From positions 1 to 40,564 of the IMG/VR virus record IMGVR_UViG_3300033128_000024: a stretch of DNA of 40,564 nucleotides; one strand, written 5' to 3'. Below the pieces are notes generated by a model, which saw nothing but the letters and a program-made list of their open reading frames with translations, ran no database searches and was not told where the DNA came from. The DNA comes from a virus. A program made the translations under genes and the position numbers. Shown one piece after another: positions 29,703-40,535 of the stretch (the first letter of the stretch is position 1; every line of letters begins with the position of its first letter).

Positions 29703-32700
29703 ATGACTCAAGCAATCGGCAATATGGTCGCCAAAGTCAATCTGGATGACTCAGGTTTTAACAGAGGTATAACAGGACTTCAAAGGCAATTGAGATTAAC
29801 CAACTCTGAAATGAAGGCATCTGCGGCCATATATAAAAATACTGGTGATAGATCAAAACAGTTACAATCACAAGTAGAGGGCCTTAACAACAAATATCGT
29901 CTTCAAGGGCGAATTGTTCAAGAACACCGAAAACGATATGAACAGCTTGTCAGGGAAAAGGGACGTGATGCGCGAGAAACACAAATGCACGCCCGCAAAC
30001 TCAATGACTCCATCGCGGTTCATCAAAAGTTAGAAAAAGAATTACGAGATGTATCTAAAGAATTTGAGCATTTGCAAAGCACCGGCAATAAAGCAGCTGG
30101 TGTTTTTTCTGTTTTTAAGAAGAACGCCGGAGAAGTATCAGAAGAGTTGCAATCTGTCTACTCTGCTGCGGGAATGGCAGGGAAGGCATTAACAGGTATC
30201 GGTGTAGCAGGTACCGTCGCAATAGGCGGAGCTGTCAAAGTGGCCGCAGACTTTGAAAAGGCTATGAGCAGGGTCGGTGCTGTGGCGAATGCATCGAATG
30301 ACGAGATGGGCCGTCTCACGGAAACGGCGCGTCATTTGGGGGCTACGACACAATTTACAGACGGACAGGTTGCCGAAGGAATGCAATACCTTGCAATGGC
30401 TGGTTATAAGACAAATAACATTATCGGTGCCATGCCGGGCTTGCTTGCTACTGCGGCAGCAGGGCAAACAGATTTAGGTGTAACAGCAGATATTGTATCT
30501 GACATCTTAACGGAATTTCATATTGCTGCAGAAGATACAAACCGGGTTGCCGATGCAATGACCTACACGTTCACGAACTCAAATGCGACATTGCAGCAGA
30601 TTGGTCAAACGATGAAGTACGCGGGACCAGCTGCAAAAACAGCGGGCGTGAGCATGGAAGAGTTAGCGGCGGCAACTGGAATTATGGCGAACAGCGGAAT
30701 CAAGGCAGATATGGCAGGTACCGCATTACGATCCACATTAACAAGGCTTGCGGCACCACCAAAGCCAGCTGGTAACGCAATTCACGAGCTTGGCCTTAGT
30801 ATTACTGACGCAAATGGCCGCATGAAACCTTTATCAAACATCATAGATCAGATAAACGAAAAGACGAAAAACTATACGGAAACTGAAAAAATTCGTATTG
30901 CAAAGCAATTGGCTGGTCAGCATGCTTTGTCTGGTTTTATTACCCTGCTTCATGCGGGCGGTGATAAGATCGACAAATTCACCAAACAGATAGAAAACAG
31001 TGGCGGTGTCGCTGAAAAAGTGGCAAAAGGTCAAATGGACAACCTTGCTGGGTCAATGGAATACCTCAAATCCGCAGCAAATAACGCAGTCATTTCATTA
31101 GGGAATCAATTTATTCCAGTGATTCGATCCACAACAGATGTGTTAACAAAAGTTGTGAATTGGTTTGATCACCTGCCTCCTTCTGTTATGCAAACAATTG
31201 CCGTTACTGGTGCTGCCGTTACAGCTTTCAGCCTTTTAGGAGGGGCTTCATTATTGTTGTTGAGTGCCATTCCTAGAATGGCCGAGGGATGGAGAGTGCT
31301 TAGAACTGCTGGCACGTATCTAACAGGCACTGTCAGAGGATCATCAGCAAGTCTAGGAGTATACACGACACAAGTTACAGCTGCGGGTATCGCTTCAAGA
31401 ACTGCGGCGACAGGCATTAATACAGCTGCATCCTCAACGGCCGTTATGTCTACTCGTATGGGTCGTTTACAACAAAACACTGGTTTAGCAACTACACGCA
31501 TGGGCCGTCTAAATCAAACGGCCACAAGAACATCAAGGACAATGCGTGGTCTTGGCGGCGCATCTCGAATTGCTGGCGGCGGTTTAATGATGTTTGGTGG
31601 GCCAATGGGTATGATTGGCGGTCTTGCGCTCTCTTTTCTTCCTGAAATACTCAAATTTGGTAAAGGTATAGTCGTGGCGGGGGTAAACGCCGTGAAAAGC
31701 GCAGGCGGTTTTATGAAACTTGCAAAGGGCGGTTTTGGCCTGTTTAACATCCTTAAAAAAGGTGCAGGTGTTGTGAGTTTGCTTAGAGGCGGCTTATCTG
31801 TGCTTGGTGGTCCTGTAGGTATGTTAATAACGGGTGTCACGCTTCTAGGTGAAGCAGGGTTTAAATATTATGACAACCTGCAAAAACGTGTCTTACCAGC
31901 AACAATAGATTTTGGCGATAAAGTTTCTGAATCGACTTCGAAAGCTGTAAATGCTTATTCGGATATGGAGACAAAAGCCAATGCGAAATTAAATAGCCTT
32001 TATCTCAATCAAACGAAGATAACGGATAAGATAGCTGACAACATGAATAAGCGATTTTCAAAAATGGCTGACACCATAAAAAAAGGCTATCAAGATAGTG
32101 CTGACAAGTCTCTTGACGTTTTAGGAGATTTCTATTCAAAGAATAATTCACTTAAAAAGAAAGATGAGGAAAACATCCTCAATAAAATCAAAACAGGCAA
32201 TGAAAAGAAGCAGAAGCAAATAGAAAAGTACGAGAGCCGAGTCAAAAAAATATATGACAAAGCAGCAAAAGAACATCGCTCGCTCACCCAAAAAGAATGG
32301 GATGAAGTCAAGGGCATTACTCAAAAGATGAGTAAAGAAGTCGAAACGGCTCTGACAAAAAGCAAAGATGAGCAAACACTCATTTCTAAAAAGTTAAAAG
32401 AAGAATCGTCTAATTTATCTGCAAAGCAAGCTGCCGCAACGGTGAAAAATAGTAAATCAGCAAAAGACAAAGTCATCAGCAATGCTAAAAAACAGTACAA
32501 TGCAGTTGTGAAAGCCGCAGACGATCAATATTACGTCAAAGGTACTATTACTAAAAAGGAACATGATGCAACAGTTAAAGCTGCCAAAAATCAACGAGAC
32601 AAAACAATCAATGAAGCTGAAAAAAGTCATAAGGGTGTTGTAAAAGAAGCCAAGAAACAAGCAGAGGGCCATATCGAACAAGTTAATTGGGAGACTGGCG

Positions 32701-34148
32701 AAGTGCTAGATGGATGGAATACATTCCTTGTTGATTTAGCTGGTGTCGTCAATACCATTACTGGTGGTATCAATAAGGTTTTAGAATTTATGAATATACC
32801 GACAATCCCTGAGTGGAAACCAAGCGGACACAACGGGAAGAAAAAGGCGAAGAATGTTGCACCCGGCAAGGCATATGCCAAAGGTACTGACTACCATCCG
32901 GGCGGTCGTGCATTGGTCGGTGAGGAAGGATATGAGCTTGCTCATACTCCGGGTATTGGAACATACATGGTCGGTGTAGGAGGACCTCAAATTTGGGATC
33001 TGCCGCGCGGAACATCGGTACTGCCTCATGATCAGACCAAGAAAATCACTTCACAGGGCTTACCAGGTTATGCTGGCGGTGTTGGCGATTTCTTTAAAAA
33101 AGGCGTTAAAAAAGCTGGTGAAGTAGTCGGCAAGGTGAAAGATTTCGGATCAGATATTTTTGACCTTGTGATGGCAGGCCCAAAGAAAATTATCAGCAAT
33201 ATATTTGGCGGTCTTATTCCGTTTAAAACTGGTAAAGGGATAGACGGACTTGGAACAGGTATTTTAAAGACAATTCAAAAAGGTGCTTTAGGATTTCTAA
33301 CAGAATCGTTAGGTGATTTTGGAGGAGAAGGAGGATCATTCAAAGGTGTAGGGGGTAGTGTTGCGGTCAAAAAGTGGGTTGCGCAGGCTATCGGCATCAC
33401 TGGAATTTCTCCATCCTATGCAAAAGCATTAGAAACCATTGCTATGAAGGAATCAAGTGGAAACCCGACCTTAGTTAACCGGTGGGATAGCAACGCCAGA
33501 GCGGGGCACCCATCACAAGGACTCATGCAATTTATACCAAGCACATTTGCTGCCTATAAAAAGCCCGGATATGGAAACATCAAACATCCAGTTCATCAAA
33601 TTGTTGCTGCAATTAACTATCTTAACAAGCGTTATGGCGGTATCTATAACCATCCGGGATTAAAGTCTATGGCGCGCGGTGGCCCTTACATCGGTTATGC
33701 ATCTGGTGGTGTGATTGACAATCATCAGATCGCTCAATTAGGGGAAAATGGCTGGCGAGAATATGCTATCACGACTGAGCCAAAGTACCGTAAGCGCTCT
33801 TTACAGCTGTATTCTAATCTCGGCAAAGAGCTTGGAGTGCCTAGTTTTGGGGATGGCATGATCTCCACGGCTTTACAAATGCTTGATCGCATCAGTAATA
33901 AAGGAGACAAGTCTCAGAGCAGGCAGCAAGATAACTCCGATATGAGACAGATGATTGAGAATCAAAGCAAACAAATTGGTCTCATGGCTCAACAAATAGA
34001 CCTGCTGTCTCAAGGTTTAATGATGATGCAAAAAGGCTTTGAACAATTAGTCTCTAAAGATACCAACAACTACATGGATGGTCGAAAGCTAGATCAAACG
34101 ACAGGTGAACGTTTTAGAAAAGAAGCATTTATGAGTGGGGTGAGGTAA
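29703..34148 (+). CDS. Tape measure protein with C-terminal lytic transglycosylase (SLT) domain
   Basis: 1481 aa. It has a TMP core (the region AMSRVGAVANASNDEM...TQFT), Gly/Ala-rich TM segments and coiled coils. The SLT motif is AMKESSGNPTLVNRWDSNARAGHPSQGLMQFIPSTF. Confidence 0.9.
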   Translation: MTQAIGNMVAKVNLDDSGFNRGITGLQRQLRLTNSEMKASAAIYKNTGDRSKQLQSQVEGLNNKYRLQGRIVQEHRKRYEQLVREKGRDARETQMHARKLNDSIAVHQKLEKELRDVSKEFEHLQSTGNKAAGVFSVFKKNAGEVSEELQSVYSAAGMAGKALTGIGVAGTVAIGGAVKVAADFEKAMSRVGAVANASNDEMGRLTETARHLGATTQFTDGQVAEGMQYLAMAGYKTNNIIGAMPGLLATAAAGQTDLGVTADIVSDILTEFHIAAEDTNRVADAMTYTFTNSNATLQQIGQTMKYAGPAAKTAGVSMEELAAATGIMANSGIKADMAGTALRSTLTRLAAPPKPAGNAIHELGLSITDANGRMKPLSNIIDQINEKTKNYTETEKIRIAKQLAGQHALSGFITLLHAGGDKIDKFTKQIENSGGVAEKVAKGQMDNLAGSMEYLKSAANNAVISLGNQFIPVIRSTTDVLTKVVNWFDHLPPSVMQTIAVTGAAVTAFSLLGGASLLLLSAIPRMAEGWRVLRTAGTYLTGTVRGSSASLGVYTTQVTAAGIASRTAATGINTAASSTAVMSTRMGRLQQNTGLATTRMGRLNQTATRTSRTMRGLGGASRIAGGGLMMFGGPMGMIGGLALSFLPEILKFGKGIVVAGVNAVKSAGGFMKLAKGGFGLFNILKKGAGVVSLLRGGLSVLGGPVGMLITGVTLLGEAGFKYYDNLQKRVLPATIDFGDKVSESTSKAVNAYSDMETKANAKLNSLYLNQTKITDKIADNMNKRFSKMADTIKKGYQDSADKSLDVLGDFYSKNNSLKKKDEENILNKIKTGNEKKQKQIEKYESRVKKIYDKAAKEHRSLTQKEWDEVKGITQKMSKEVETALTKSKDEQTLISKKLKEESSNLSAKQAAATVKNSKSAKDKVISNAKKQYNAVVKAADDQYYVKGTITKKEHDATVKAAKNQRDKTINEAEKSHKGVVKEAKKQAEGHIEQVNWETGEVLDGWNTFLVDLAGVVNTITGGINKVLEFMNIPTIPEWKPSGHNGKKKAKNVAPGKAYAKGTDYHPGGRALVGEEGYELAHTPGIGTYMVGVGGPQIWDLPRGTSVLPHDQTKKITSQGLPGYAGGVGDFFKKGVKKAGEVVGKVKDFGSDIFDLVMAGPKKIISNIFGGLIPFKTGKGIDGLGTGILKTIQKGALGFLTESLGDFGGEGGSFKGVGGSVAVKKWVAQAIGITGISPSYAKALETIAMKESSGNPTLVNRWDSNARAGHPSQGLMQFIPSTFAAYKKPGYGNIKHPVHQIVAAINYLNKRYGGIYNHPGLKSMARGGPYIGYASGGVIDNHQIAQLGENGWREYAITTEPKYRKRSLQLYSNLGKELGVPSFGDGMISTALQMLDRISNKGDKSQSRQQDNSDMRQMIENQSKQIGLMAQQIDLLSQGLMMMQKGFEQLVSKDTNNYMDGRKLDQTTGERFRKEAFMSGVR

Positions 34149-34984
34149 TGGAGTTATATATTGATTTTAACAATGGATTAGGTGAGCAAAGTCTAAATGA
34201 CTTGCTTCCTCATTTCCATCCGTTAAGCCTGACACCTGCCTCACCAATCGTAGAATTTGAGACGGTGTCATTACAACGAATTAACGGTATTGTATTGCCA
34301 CAACATCCGCGGGATGTGAAGTACAAAGAAAGACAGATTCAGCTTGAAATATATATGAACTCAATCATTGCTGAAAATTTCTACAGTTATAGAAGTGAAC
34401 TATATGCTTTATTAGTTAAACCTTTTCCATACTACATCTCATGTGACCTGCTTCCGAACAGAAGATTTTTAGTGACGTGTGAGGGGAATTTCACTACTCC
34501 GAAGGAAAAAGAAAAGAACCATGTTGTTTTTAGCGTTGAATTCACCGATGTTTTGGGTGCTGCTGAATCGAAAAGTACATCGCTTAATCCTCAAACATTT
34601 GAGGGTGAACGATGGAGTCCCGGAATGAATATCGAGATGCGTGACGATCTAGAGTATTCATTTAAAAACAAAAAAACGTTCAGCATCTACAACATCGGAG
34701 ATTTTAGAATCAATCCTTTGAGGCATGATTATCAAGTGACGTTGAGAGCAAAAGGAAAAGGTGTAACAATCATCAATCATACAACAGGTGAACGTTTGAA
34801 AATTGAAGATGAAATATCCAAATCAAGAGAGGTTTCTTTTATTAAACAGTACACCGTCGCTAACAAGAAACGGCTCAAGACATCTGGTAGACTTCCATCA
34901 CTCGATATCGGCAGAAACAACTTTGAAATTCAAAACGCAAGTGACATTGAAATTGTGTTTGACACAAGATTCTATTATGCATAA
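34148..34984 (+). CDS. Distal tail protein (Dit)
   Basis: Assigned from its position immediately after the TMP (ATG overlaps the stop) and its size of 278 aa. Confidence 0.7.
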   Translation: MELYIDFNNGLGEQSLNDLLPHFHPLSLTPASPIVEFETVSLQRINGIVLPQHPRDVKYKERQIQLEIYMNSIIAENFYSYRSELYALLVKPFPYYISCDLLPNRRFLVTCEGNFTTPKEKEKNHVVFSVEFTDVLGAAESKSTSLNPQTFEGERWSPGMNIEMRDDLEYSFKNKKTFSIYNIGDFRINPLRHDYQVTLRAKGKGVTIINHTTGERLKIEDEISKSREVSFIKQYTVANKKRLKTSGRLPSLDIGRNNFEIQNASDIEIVFDTRFYYA

Positions 34985-34995
34985 GGAGGGGTGAC

Positions 34996-36744
34996 ATGGC
35001 TGCGGTTGACTTTATCAAGAAATTAGCGCCGGGAGCGCAAAAGGTCCAAAAAAAATACAAGGTGCTTGCAAGCCTTGTCATCGCTCAAGGTTGCCTTGAG
35101 AGTGGTTTCGGATCGAGTGATCTATCTAAACAAGCCTACAACCTCTTTGGAGTCAAAGGGACTTATAACGGCAAATATGTATTAATGTGGACCAAAGAAC
35201 AGGACAAGCACGGCAATGAAACTAGAGTACAAGCGCGCTTTAGAAAGTATCCATCATATGCAGAGAGCCTTGCTGATCTAGGAAGTCTATACACTAGGCT
35301 TAGTCGCTATAAAGATGTGGTGGGTGAAAAAGACTACCAAAAAGCTACTGCTGCTGTTGCAAAGGGTGGTTATGCGACTGATATCAATTATGCTACAAAA
35401 TTAAACAGCATCATCTTTACTTACAAGCTCACACAATATGATAATTTGGATGATCTACCAGAAGAACCGAGTGAACCAGAAACACCAACGGGCTCTGAGT
35501 TTCCAAGTAAGGAATACGATGGGATAGACATGCCACTCAATCAAAATTTGCCGTCTGATGTGGATTTTCCACAGCTTCACGTATCAAGTAAGGATGGAAA
35601 GGATGTCATAGAGATCACGGGCGTGTCTGTTGATTTTACAGCCGATCCAACAGGTAAAAAATCGTTTAGTTTTACACTGCCACGCACACAGGAAAATGGT
35701 GCAGAGTTTGAGCTATTAATTGTTGATAATGTTTTATATCTTGATGAAAAGAAATATAATCATCAAAAATACTACATTACGAATGTAAGTTTGCATCAGG
35801 AAAATGGAGTGCTAACAAAAACGGTTACAGCTGCGCATATTTTCTCCGTTCTGTTAATTAATAACAGAATTGAAAAAACAGTTTCTAAGAAATTAAGCAT
35901 AAAAGAAGCGCTTGATATTGCTCTTAAAGGAACTGATTTCAAGTATGTCATACATGCAAAAGCGGGTGAAATTCCTTCCGCAGAACAAGAAAACTTCGGT
36001 GAAAAGAATTCCACAGAATTGATGGATGAAATCATTGAAGATTATGGCATAGAGTTAGACGTGGATAATTACAAAATCCATGTTTACAAAAAAATGGGTC
36101 AAGTAATAGACTTTGTGCTTGATAGTCGTTATAACATGCCAGGCATTACTATTACGACAGATTCTCAGAATTGTACCACTCGTGCGTGGGGATACGGCGC
36201 ACAAAAAGAAACAGATTCCGTCTTTGAATCAAAAGGTGATGGCAAAACTACAGAAGATGGTAAAGAAGAGTCAAAAGAAGAGAAAGAGCCTGAGTATGTA
36301 TTTGAACCAGTTCTATATATTCATCCTGATGAAGACAAATTTTTGATCGAAGGTAAACCACGCTGGGCGGAGCCGATAAAAGATGAGAGATACAAAAAAT
36401 CTAGCAGTATCATTTCTGCGTTAAAGAAACATGTTAATCCTTACCCGGAAATGACTGTGGAAGTAGAATTCCAAAAAATCTATGAACCGAAATTGCTTGA
36501 AATTGAACAAGATTTTTGGCTAGGTGACACGATTCACGTCATCGCTGACACAGCAGACGGAATAACCTTTGAGGACGATTTGAGAGTTGTCTCAATTCAG
36601 CATAACCCTCTCAATCCGTATAGCAGCCCAACGATAACATTTGCGAACTTCCGCAAGGACATTCAGCGTATTAATGTAGATCAAGTAAAGAAAATGAAAA
36701 ATTTACAACGATATATAAACGACATGCTCAAGACGCTTAGATAG
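34996..36744 (+). CDS. Tail-associated lysin (Tal-like) with N-terminal glucosaminidase domain
   Basis: The N-terminus LVIAQGCLESGFGSSDLSKQAYNLFGVKG...GGYATDINYATKLNSII matches the mannosyl-glycoprotein endo-beta-N-acetylglucosaminidase family. The remainder is prophage-tail/Tal-like, judged by position. Confidence 0.75.
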   Translation: MAAVDFIKKLAPGAQKVQKKYKVLASLVIAQGCLESGFGSSDLSKQAYNLFGVKGTYNGKYVLMWTKEQDKHGNETRVQARFRKYPSYAESLADLGSLYTRLSRYKDVVGEKDYQKATAAVAKGGYATDINYATKLNSIIFTYKLTQYDNLDDLPEEPSEPETPTGSEFPSKEYDGIDMPLNQNLPSDVDFPQLHVSSKDGKDVIEITGVSVDFTADPTGKKSFSFTLPRTQENGAEFELLIVDNVLYLDEKKYNHQKYYITNVSLHQENGVLTKTVTAAHIFSVLLINNRIEKTVSKKLSIKEALDIALKGTDFKYVIHAKAGEIPSAEQENFGEKNSTELMDEIIEDYGIELDVDNYKIHVYKKMGQVIDFVLDSRYNMPGITITTDSQNCTTRAWGYGAQKETDSVFESKGDGKTTEDGKEESKEEKEPEYVFEPVLYIHPDEDKFLIEGKPRWAEPIKDERYKKSSSIISALKKHVNPYPEMTVEVEFQKIYEPKLLEIEQDFWLGDTIHVIADTADGITFEDDLRVVSIQHNPLNPYSSPTITFANFRKDIQRINVDQVKKMKNLQRYINDMLKTLR

Positions 36745-36781
36745 GGTCTTTTTATTTTTGCCAAAAAAGGAGAGTGAGAAC

Positions 36782-38656
36782 ATGGTAAGGCTTAGAAAGG
36801 ACTATGACACTAGACGAAACTCGAAATACGCAGAGCAGCTTCGAGAAGATATGCAGTCTATAGAAAATCATTTGAATCAGAATGAAGATGATTTGAAACG
36901 ACATAAAACAAGCGATATTGCTCATACGTCAAATCAAATCAAACACGGTTTGTATTCAGTTGCGAATCGTATAGACAACTTATGGTCTAGGATTATCAAT
37001 CTTGTATTGAATCATGATGGCAAAGACGTAAAGGAAGTCGTAGATATTCGTGTCGCTAGGGATGCATCCATTCATCCCACCGCAAAAGACAGATTGGACT
37101 ATGACTTTCAAATACTTGAGCAGGAAATAGAAGATGCTGCGGTTTCTCTTAATCTCAAAAAATTCATCAAGAAATACGGGAGTTTTACATCTGGATTTAA
37201 GGCTGCACTAAGTCTTGCGAAATTATATCCTGTGCATATTGTCGTGCCTCCCGGTAATTACAAGCTGATGGAGACAGCCCGCATCTATAAAAATACTCAT
37301 TTGACCTTACAGGCTGGCGCAGTTATACGGCGCGGCTTTGTAGGGTCAATGCTTGTAAATGGTGACAAAGATGATCAAACCAAAGGCTATGAGGGGCATG
37401 GGAATTTGCTGATTGACGGTCAGGGAATGTTTGATAGCGCAGGCGATGAATATAAGGAACAGTGTTCTGTTATAGGATTTGCTCACGCAGATGGAATAGT
37501 TATCAAAGGTATTCACATACGTGATGTTTGTGGAGGGCACGGTTTAGATTGTGCTGGCAACAAAAACGTATTGATAGATGATGTCAAATTCTCAGGATTT
37601 GCAGATTATAAGGGCGACAGGTGGTTTTCTGCAGCTATTCAATTGGACCTTATGAGATCATCTGAAAACTTTGGGGCATTTGGTAGCTATGACAATACCC
37701 CTTCTGAAAATATAATCGTTCAAAGGTGCCATTTCAGTAAATCAGATAAGCTAGGCGGCTATGCACGAGCAATGGACTCGCATACTAGCACAGATGGTTT
37801 TTGGTATAAAAATATCAAGTTTTTATTCAACGTTGTGGAAGATACAACTGAATGGGCTGTTTCAGGAAACAAGTGGGAAGATGTCTTGATTGAAGGGAAT
37901 ACATTTTTAAATTGTGCATCTGGTGTAAGGCTGCTACTTCCGGCCGTTACATCAAAATATACGCAAGATAAGAATGGGAATCCTACAAATCGAGTCAATA
38001 AAGTGAGAAGGCACATTGTTTCAAAAAATACTTTTATTAACGTAAAAGACCGCCATGCCGTACAAGTTTATGGACGTAAAGGTTATCAAACAATCGAGGA
38101 TGTAAAAATTAATGGAAACTTTATAGATGGCGTTAAAGTAAAGCATGCTATTCATCTATCTGACGTAGTTGGCTTCACTGTTTCAGACAATGAGTTTAAT
38201 AATGTAGGACATCATGGAGTTTTATTGACTCGTTGTAAGAATGGACAAGTTGATCTAAGCATTGGAAAAAATATTGAAGGAAATGGTATACGAGTGGAGT
38301 TTGGATGTGAAAACGTCAGCATCAACCGAACTCGACTAGATGAAGTGGGGTATTCAGGAATATCAGTTTCTGGAGACTCAAAAAACATTGATGTTGATGG
38401 AGCTAATATCAACAATGCGGGAAAGCGCACTTCCTCTTCAAATCCATATTATGGGGTCATCTTTATGGATGGTGTAGAAGATTCTTCGGTTAAATTTGTG
38501 ACTGTCAAAGGAAAGAAGTGTAGATACGCGATGTATTTGACTAGCAAGTGTTCAAGGATTCAGCATTTTGGTAACAGGCTTAAAGGAGCTGGCGCAGAAG
38601 GCAGCTTGAAAGATAACAGTGTCGATCCAATTAAATCATTTGAAAATGTAATTTGA
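36782..38656 (+). CDS. Right-handed beta-helix (pectate-lyase-like) tail spike / putative depolymerase
   Basis: RBS AAAGGAGAG lies before ATG 36782. The central part has repetitive beta-helix-type turns (N-x-x-I/V-x-G-x motifs, e.g. NVLIDDVKFSG, NIIVQRCHFS, DVLIEGNTFLN, DVKINGNFIDG). Confidence 0.65.
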   Translation: MVRLRKDYDTRRNSKYAEQLREDMQSIENHLNQNEDDLKRHKTSDIAHTSNQIKHGLYSVANRIDNLWSRIINLVLNHDGKDVKEVVDIRVARDASIHPTAKDRLDYDFQILEQEIEDAAVSLNLKKFIKKYGSFTSGFKAALSLAKLYPVHIVVPPGNYKLMETARIYKNTHLTLQAGAVIRRGFVGSMLVNGDKDDQTKGYEGHGNLLIDGQGMFDSAGDEYKEQCSVIGFAHADGIVIKGIHIRDVCGGHGLDCAGNKNVLIDDVKFSGFADYKGDRWFSAAIQLDLMRSSENFGAFGSYDNTPSENIIVQRCHFSKSDKLGGYARAMDSHTSTDGFWYKNIKFLFNVVEDTTEWAVSGNKWEDVLIEGNTFLNCASGVRLLLPAVTSKYTQDKNGNPTNRVNKVRRHIVSKNTFINVKDRHAVQVYGRKGYQTIEDVKINGNFIDGVKVKHAIHLSDVVGFTVSDNEFNNVGHHGVLLTRCKNGQVDLSIGKNIEGNGIRVEFGCENVSINRTRLDEVGYSGISVSGDSKNIDVDGANINNAGKRTSSSNPYYGVIFMDGVEDSSVKFVTVKGKKCRYAMYLTSKCSRIQHFGNRLKGAGAEGSLKDNSVDPIKSFENVI

Positions 38657-38671
38657 GTGAGGTGATAACAA

Positions 38672-40030
38672 ATGATTCATAAGAATGGACAAATTGATTT
38701 TGATGTAAACGCATATACCAGTTCAAGCGTATCAACCAGCATAAATTTTTGGACGCAGGACCGTCAGACAGCAAGGCTCATATTCAAACTCACGAAAGAT
38801 GGAGTACCACTGCCTTTAGCAGCTGTCACGGGAAAACTTGTATTAGTTATGTCAGATGGCAGCCGATTCATTCGAGACGTAACGATAGTTGATAGAGTGA
38901 ACGGTCACGCCGAGTATATCTTGTCAGACAAAGAGATTAAGCACTACGGCATAGTACAAGCTGAGCTGAATTTGTACTATACAAACGATCAATCTATGTC
39001 CGTGCATCAGTTCTCTTTTAACATTTCAAAGTCCCTCATTGATCATGATATTGTCCCAATCACAGAATATTACGTGGACGAGTTCGAGGCTTTAAGAGCA
39101 AAGATAAATGAGCTGTACGAAGAGTCTATACAAACCATTGATGATCTGAGGGCCAAGTTTGAGGACTTGGAGAAAATCGAGACAAAGGAAGGCGCGCAGT
39201 TCAAAGCAGATGCAGCACTTGCGGCAGCTAAGAAATATACGAATGAATATGCAGAGACACCCGACGGCGCTCAAGATAAAGCAAATGCAGCCTTGAAAAA
39301 GTCGCAAGAATATGTCGATCCACACCTTGAAAACAAAAAGATTCACGTAACAGAATCAGAGAAAAGCAACTGGAACAAGAGCCAGCTTTATAAACTCACG
39401 CCTAACGATGGAAAAGTCGCAAGGTTGCCAAACGGTACTGATATTTTCTCGCTACCTACGGGGTTTTATATGGGGGCGAACCTTGTAAATACGCCAATAT
39501 CAAACGATGGAAGTTTTTATTACGTCGAAGTTTTAGAAACCGCATATAGTCAAGATGATGTAAATTACAAAAGAATCATTGTCACACGCTCATTTGACAA
39601 TTTAACATGGATTGGCACGTTCCATGCACAAGGCTTTCGAGGTTGGAAACGTCTCATAACAGACGGAGATGCCGTAGTCACTTGGAAAACACCATCATTG
39701 TCAAAAGGATGGAAGCAATATGTATCATCAGACGGCTTTCCGCACACGTTACGCTACACAAAAGATGCTTTTGGCGTGGTGGAGATCATTGGATCTATTA
39801 CTGGTGGGGTGATAGGTAATGATGTCGAGGCATTTACATTGCTTGATGGATATTTACCATTGCAATCCATGCACTTTATTGGAGTAGCATCAAGCGTAGG
39901 AACACCAGGAGTACCGCAATATCACCGAACCTATATAGGCACTGACGGTCGGGTTTGCGTTCAATCTTGTTCTAATACGGTAAATCCCAATGAATTTATT
40001 ACGTTTGGTTTCCGTTTTAAAGCAAAGTAA
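38672..40030 (+). CDS. BppU-like baseplate/tail-fibre protein (receptor-binding candidate)
   Basis: The N-terminal Ig-like segment FWTQDRQTARLIFKLTKDGVPLPL...GHAEYILSDKEIKHYGIVQAEL is typical of the BppU_N/DUF2479 family. A coiled coil and a distinct C-terminal domain follow. Confidence 0.6.
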   Translation: MIHKNGQIDFDVNAYTSSSVSTSINFWTQDRQTARLIFKLTKDGVPLPLAAVTGKLVLVMSDGSRFIRDVTIVDRVNGHAEYILSDKEIKHYGIVQAELNLYYTNDQSMSVHQFSFNISKSLIDHDIVPITEYYVDEFEALRAKINELYEESIQTIDDLRAKFEDLEKIETKEGAQFKADAALAAAKKYTNEYAETPDGAQDKANAALKKSQEYVDPHLENKKIHVTESEKSNWNKSQLYKLTPNDGKVARLPNGTDIFSLPTGFYMGANLVNTPISNDGSFYYVEVLETAYSQDDVNYKRIIVTRSFDNLTWIGTFHAQGFRGWKRLITDGDAVVTWKTPSLSKGWKQYVSSDGFPHTLRYTKDAFGVVEIIGSITGGVIGNDVEAFTLLDGYLPLQSMHFIGVASSVGTPGVPQYHRTYIGTDGRVCVQSCSNTVNPNEFITFGFRFKAK

Positions 40031-40047
40031 GCATGGGAGGTGCGAAT

Positions 40048-40347
40048 ATGATCTGGGTTTATAAATATGATGAAAATTACATTTGGCAAGCAGGCAAAGA
40101 TGTTTTAATAGATGTAGATAACGGAGAAGCAATACCTAAAGGCTATACGGATAAACAACCGCCAGATGGGCTATTTATTGCAAAGTATGACCCTCAAAAA
40201 GAAGAATGGTTTGAGGCAGCAACTAAAGAATACATTGATAGTTTGCAGCCTGATCCACCGCCACCAGATGATGTAATGATGCTAAAAAAACAAGTCGCTC
40301 TCCTTACATTGCAGTTTTCGCAGTTGCAGAAAGGCGGGGCATCATGA
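40048..40347 (+). CDS. XkdW-like small tail-region protein
   Basis: RBS GGGAGGTG lies before ATG 40048. Assigned from size and position, next to an XkdX-like gene and the holin. Confidence 0.45.
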   Translation: MIWVYKYDENYIWQAGKDVLIDVDNGEAIPKGYTDKQPPDGLFIAKYDPQKEEWFEAATKEYIDSLQPDPPPPDDVMMLKKQVALLTLQFSQLQKGGAS

Positions 40348-40523
40348 TTTATCCAACGGCGGCCGACATTAAAGTATTTTGGGATTGGGGTGTGTATACT
40401 CTTGAGATCATGCGGGAGTATGTCGCATTAGAAGTAATAACAAAAGAAGAGTTCGAGCAGATCACTGGCGTTTCATTCGAGAAGCCAGCTGCTTCTGTAG
40501 ATTTAGGAACAACAGCATCTTAA
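40344..40523 (+). CDS. XkdX-family small protein (59 aa); not in the ORF track
   Basis: There is an ATGA overlap with the upstream gene. The segment EVITKEEFEQITG resembles the XkdX signature (I/V-T-x-E-E/Q-Y/F-x-x-I-T-G). Confidence 0.55.
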   Translation: MIYPTAADIKVFWDWGVYTLEIMREYVALEVITKEEFEQITGVSFEKPAASVDLGTTAS

Positions 40524-40535
40524 CAGGTGCTTTTT

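Noticed and set aside
31169-31840. Minus-strand ORFs of 110 aa and 108 aa inside the tape measure gene. Similar antisense ORFs occur at 30189-30467, 32132-33029, 28553-28969 and 27713-27958.
   Set aside because: They are antisense frames of long, well-supported structural genes. They are Pro/Ala/Val-rich mirror images of Gly/Ala-rich coding sequence, with no RBSs.
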